This document shows positions 61,408 to 64,000 of a stretch of DNA of 64,000 nt, in pieces; position 1 is the stretch's first letter, and each line of letters starts with the position of its first letter. The stretch is from Catajapyx aquilonaris (taxonomy: Eukaryota), in NCBI GenBank assembly GCA_000934665.2, contig JYFJ02000115.1, positions 62,001-126,000 of the forward strand, in the 5' to 3' direction. The notes below the pieces were generated by a model. It was not told the origin of the DNA. It worked only from the letters and a program-made list of their open reading frames with translations, and searched no databases. The position numbers were made by a program, and so were the translations under genes.

Positions 61408-64000
61408 TCAGAATGTGCATAGATAAGGCGTGAATGGGGGCATGAAGGCGGCGATGGGCAATGAGACGATGGGCGGCTTCTGATGGGTCCTGGTGTGCTT
61501 CTTGAGGTGGTCCTTTCTGCCGAATCTCTTTCCGCAGAGGTGACACGGGAAGGGCCGCAGACCGGTGTGGATCCTCTTGTGTCTGGTCAGCTCCTCGTTC
61601 CTCGTGAACGTCTTGCCGCAGTCCCCGTGGTCGCACTTGTATGGCCTCTCTCCTGAAAACATGGATCGGAAACACATATATTCAGTCATTTGAAGGCCGC
61701 GAAGAAAAACTTCAGGATATCTCAGATTAATATAGGGAGGAAGAAGCTGGCCTCGCTAAGTTGTAAAATGTTATCTCAGAAGTGTCTCATTTGGATTTCA
61801 TTCAGCCTCTTCGAATAACTATTTGCCACAATATTGTGTAATGATAAAATTTTATGTCGCAGTATGGCCCAGTGTATTTGTATCGACAACAAAGCGGTTT
61901 TCTGCCGTCAGAGAAAACCAATTACCGCAATTTATTAATTGATATTATTTTAATTAACATTAGATTTCTTATGAGCATACTACCAACTTTCATAGGTATA
62001 ACTCTTGTTTTTACCATCATCAGAGCAGAAAAGCTTTCAATTGAATCGGGGTAAAATCATAACGTATAGGCCTTCCTGATGCCTTCCGGCATAAAAATCA
62101 GTCGGCACAAAATCATATTGCGCTGGATATGACTGACAAATTATGAACGCAATGCTGTGGTTGCGTATACAGTATACAGTATACAGTATAGTGACTGACA
62201 GATCTGTACTCTATTTTGGGGTATTAAGCAAAACTTTATTGCCTTAAGTCATTTTATTTTGCAACAATACCCTCGAAATCGCTTGAATTATGATGACAGC
62301 TCATCAAGTATAGTTTATCCACAGTTTACACTGAAATATAGTATAGCCTAGATGTTAAGTGTTCTTATTTACGTCATTATACGTGCCATTATGAAAGTTG
62401 GTGTCATGATTTTTCTGGTTATACCGCCAAAATTAACACTGAGTAAAAATCCTTATACGTTGCATGCAGTGCGTTAGTCAATCTTTCTAACTTCTGCAAA
62501 ATCAGTCGTAATTTATTGTTTCGCATGATGGCTTAGAGCTGTAACTTCTACATGTATGTTCAGCGGAAAGCAGTCTCTTATTTGCACATGCCTATCTGGT
62601 AAGTCTGATCTAAATTAGTGCGGAAACAAATACCTTTCTTCATTGGAGCAACTATAATTATTTATTATAATTATAGAGATGCAGTAAATATGTTACTCAT
62701 TTTTCTGGCCATGTACGTGTACGTAGCCTATATGTTGTAGGCTACTCTGTAACATGTTGTTGCTGTGATGCAGCTAAAACGAGATGTTATAGGCCTATAA
62801 AAGTCATGTTTCCCTTGAGAATGCCTTGAAATTTGCAAAGAAATAGCATTCAGGAAGTAAAGAACTTCCCCAACACCGGTGATGCCTATAAGCTTTTCGG
62901 AGATGACATCAAAGTGCAATATCCCTTTGCAAAGTTACTAAAATATTGGAGCATAAAACCCTAGAAGGTCGCTGTAATAATGCGGCTGTTTTTCTGCATT
63001 TCAACTTGGCTTTCATAACAATATTACATTACATCACGCACATAACTTGGGACACATTATATAATTAAGAGCAATTAAGAAAGAAACCCATTCTTACGAA
63101 AGTATAAGTTTTTCAAGCTAAAATTAATTGAGTCAAGATAATTTTTCTGCGAAGAAAAAAAGTGCACAATTCGTAATCGATGTCAGAAAATCTGGCGAGG
63201 AAATCCAACGTATACGATAGAATTTTTCTACTGAAGTGTTTTTTTTTTCTTTCATTCATTATTCTCATATCTTCAACTAGTGCATTAATTGCTCCGCAAA
63301 CACTTTCTGCTATTTTAATCCCCACGAATGTTACTGCTGTATATGCTGCTGTGCTGGTGCCATGCATTTAGAAAGCGAGCAATAAAAGTGCTAATCACAC
63401 AACATTGATCAAATGGTTAGTATTATACTGTGCACTGGACCCGGACCAGATACGATCAACTGTGTTTTCTATAGGGACGGTATTGTCAACCAGTTCTGGT
63501 TAACTCGCATGCTGTGTGAATGACCCCAACTATGGCTTACGGTGATGTCCTGCTATATACCACGTTATATACAACAGTGTCACTCACCGGTATGGATCCG
63601 TATGTGTCCCTTGAGCTGTCCATTGTTGCTGAATGCCACTTGGCAATGCGGGCACTGAAATCTCTTGGGCCTCTGCTTCCTGGAGCGGAGTCGGGCCAGC
63701 TCCGAAGGCGCCAGCAGACCGAGGGCCTCCAGTTCACTTTTGGTCAGGTCCGCCAGGCTGGACAGCGACGAGCCCAAAGAAGTCGTGGTTGACGGCGTCG
63801 ACGGCGAAGGCGGAGACGGCTGCAATGGCTGGTGCTGGTGGTGGATGGCCATCGGCAACGGAACCACCGGCAGTTGATGTCGGTGATGATGGTGGTGGTG
63901 GTGCATTGCCATGTGATGCGTGTGAAGCAGTTGTTCGTGCAGCATCCTCGTCGCTTCCACGCTGTCTTTTCCGTGGTCGTCCGAAGCTGCTGCCCACGGT
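61408..64000 (-). CDS. hkb: Huckebein C2H2 zinc-finger transcription factor, 5'-partial (exons 63588->64000, 61408-61652)
   Basis: KQRPKRFQCPHCQVAFSNNGQLKGHIRIHTG|ERPYKCDHGDCGKTFTRNEELTRHKRIHTGLRPFPCHLCGKRFGRKDHLKKH matches the Huckebein fingers; the frame is open to the window edge. Confidence 0.9.

Overview
Gene-dense eukaryotic window with short (about 50-100 nt) GT-AG introns; the gene content (huckebein, peritrophin-like cluster, seele/CNPY) points to an arthropod, probably an insect. Conserved genes: first coding exon of an aldo-keto reductase (AKR), RPIA, ARHGAP19-like RhoGAP, LSM1, a second AKR with duplicated (probably mutually exclusive) exons, NOC3L, mRpL43, three tandem chitin-binding peritrophin-like genes, MED28, leucyl aminopeptidase LAP3 with an intronless COP1 nested on the same strand in its intron 2, CNPY2/seele, mRpL32 and the 3' part of huckebein. 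An accessory region (about 6.8-17.3 kb) holds an unusual spliced gene (15-aa Trp/Pro/Gln repeats + SGNH hydrolase with intact catalytic motifs + CCHC knuckle + basic tail) convergent with a frameshifted Mutator (MULE) transposase carrying C2H2, SWIM and PHD fingers. Two or three small orphan coiled-coil genes share a motif and an intron position. Several MITE/hairpin elements, SINE fragments and minisatellites are present. All gene models were assembled by eye from splice signals and frame continuity; no database searches were run.
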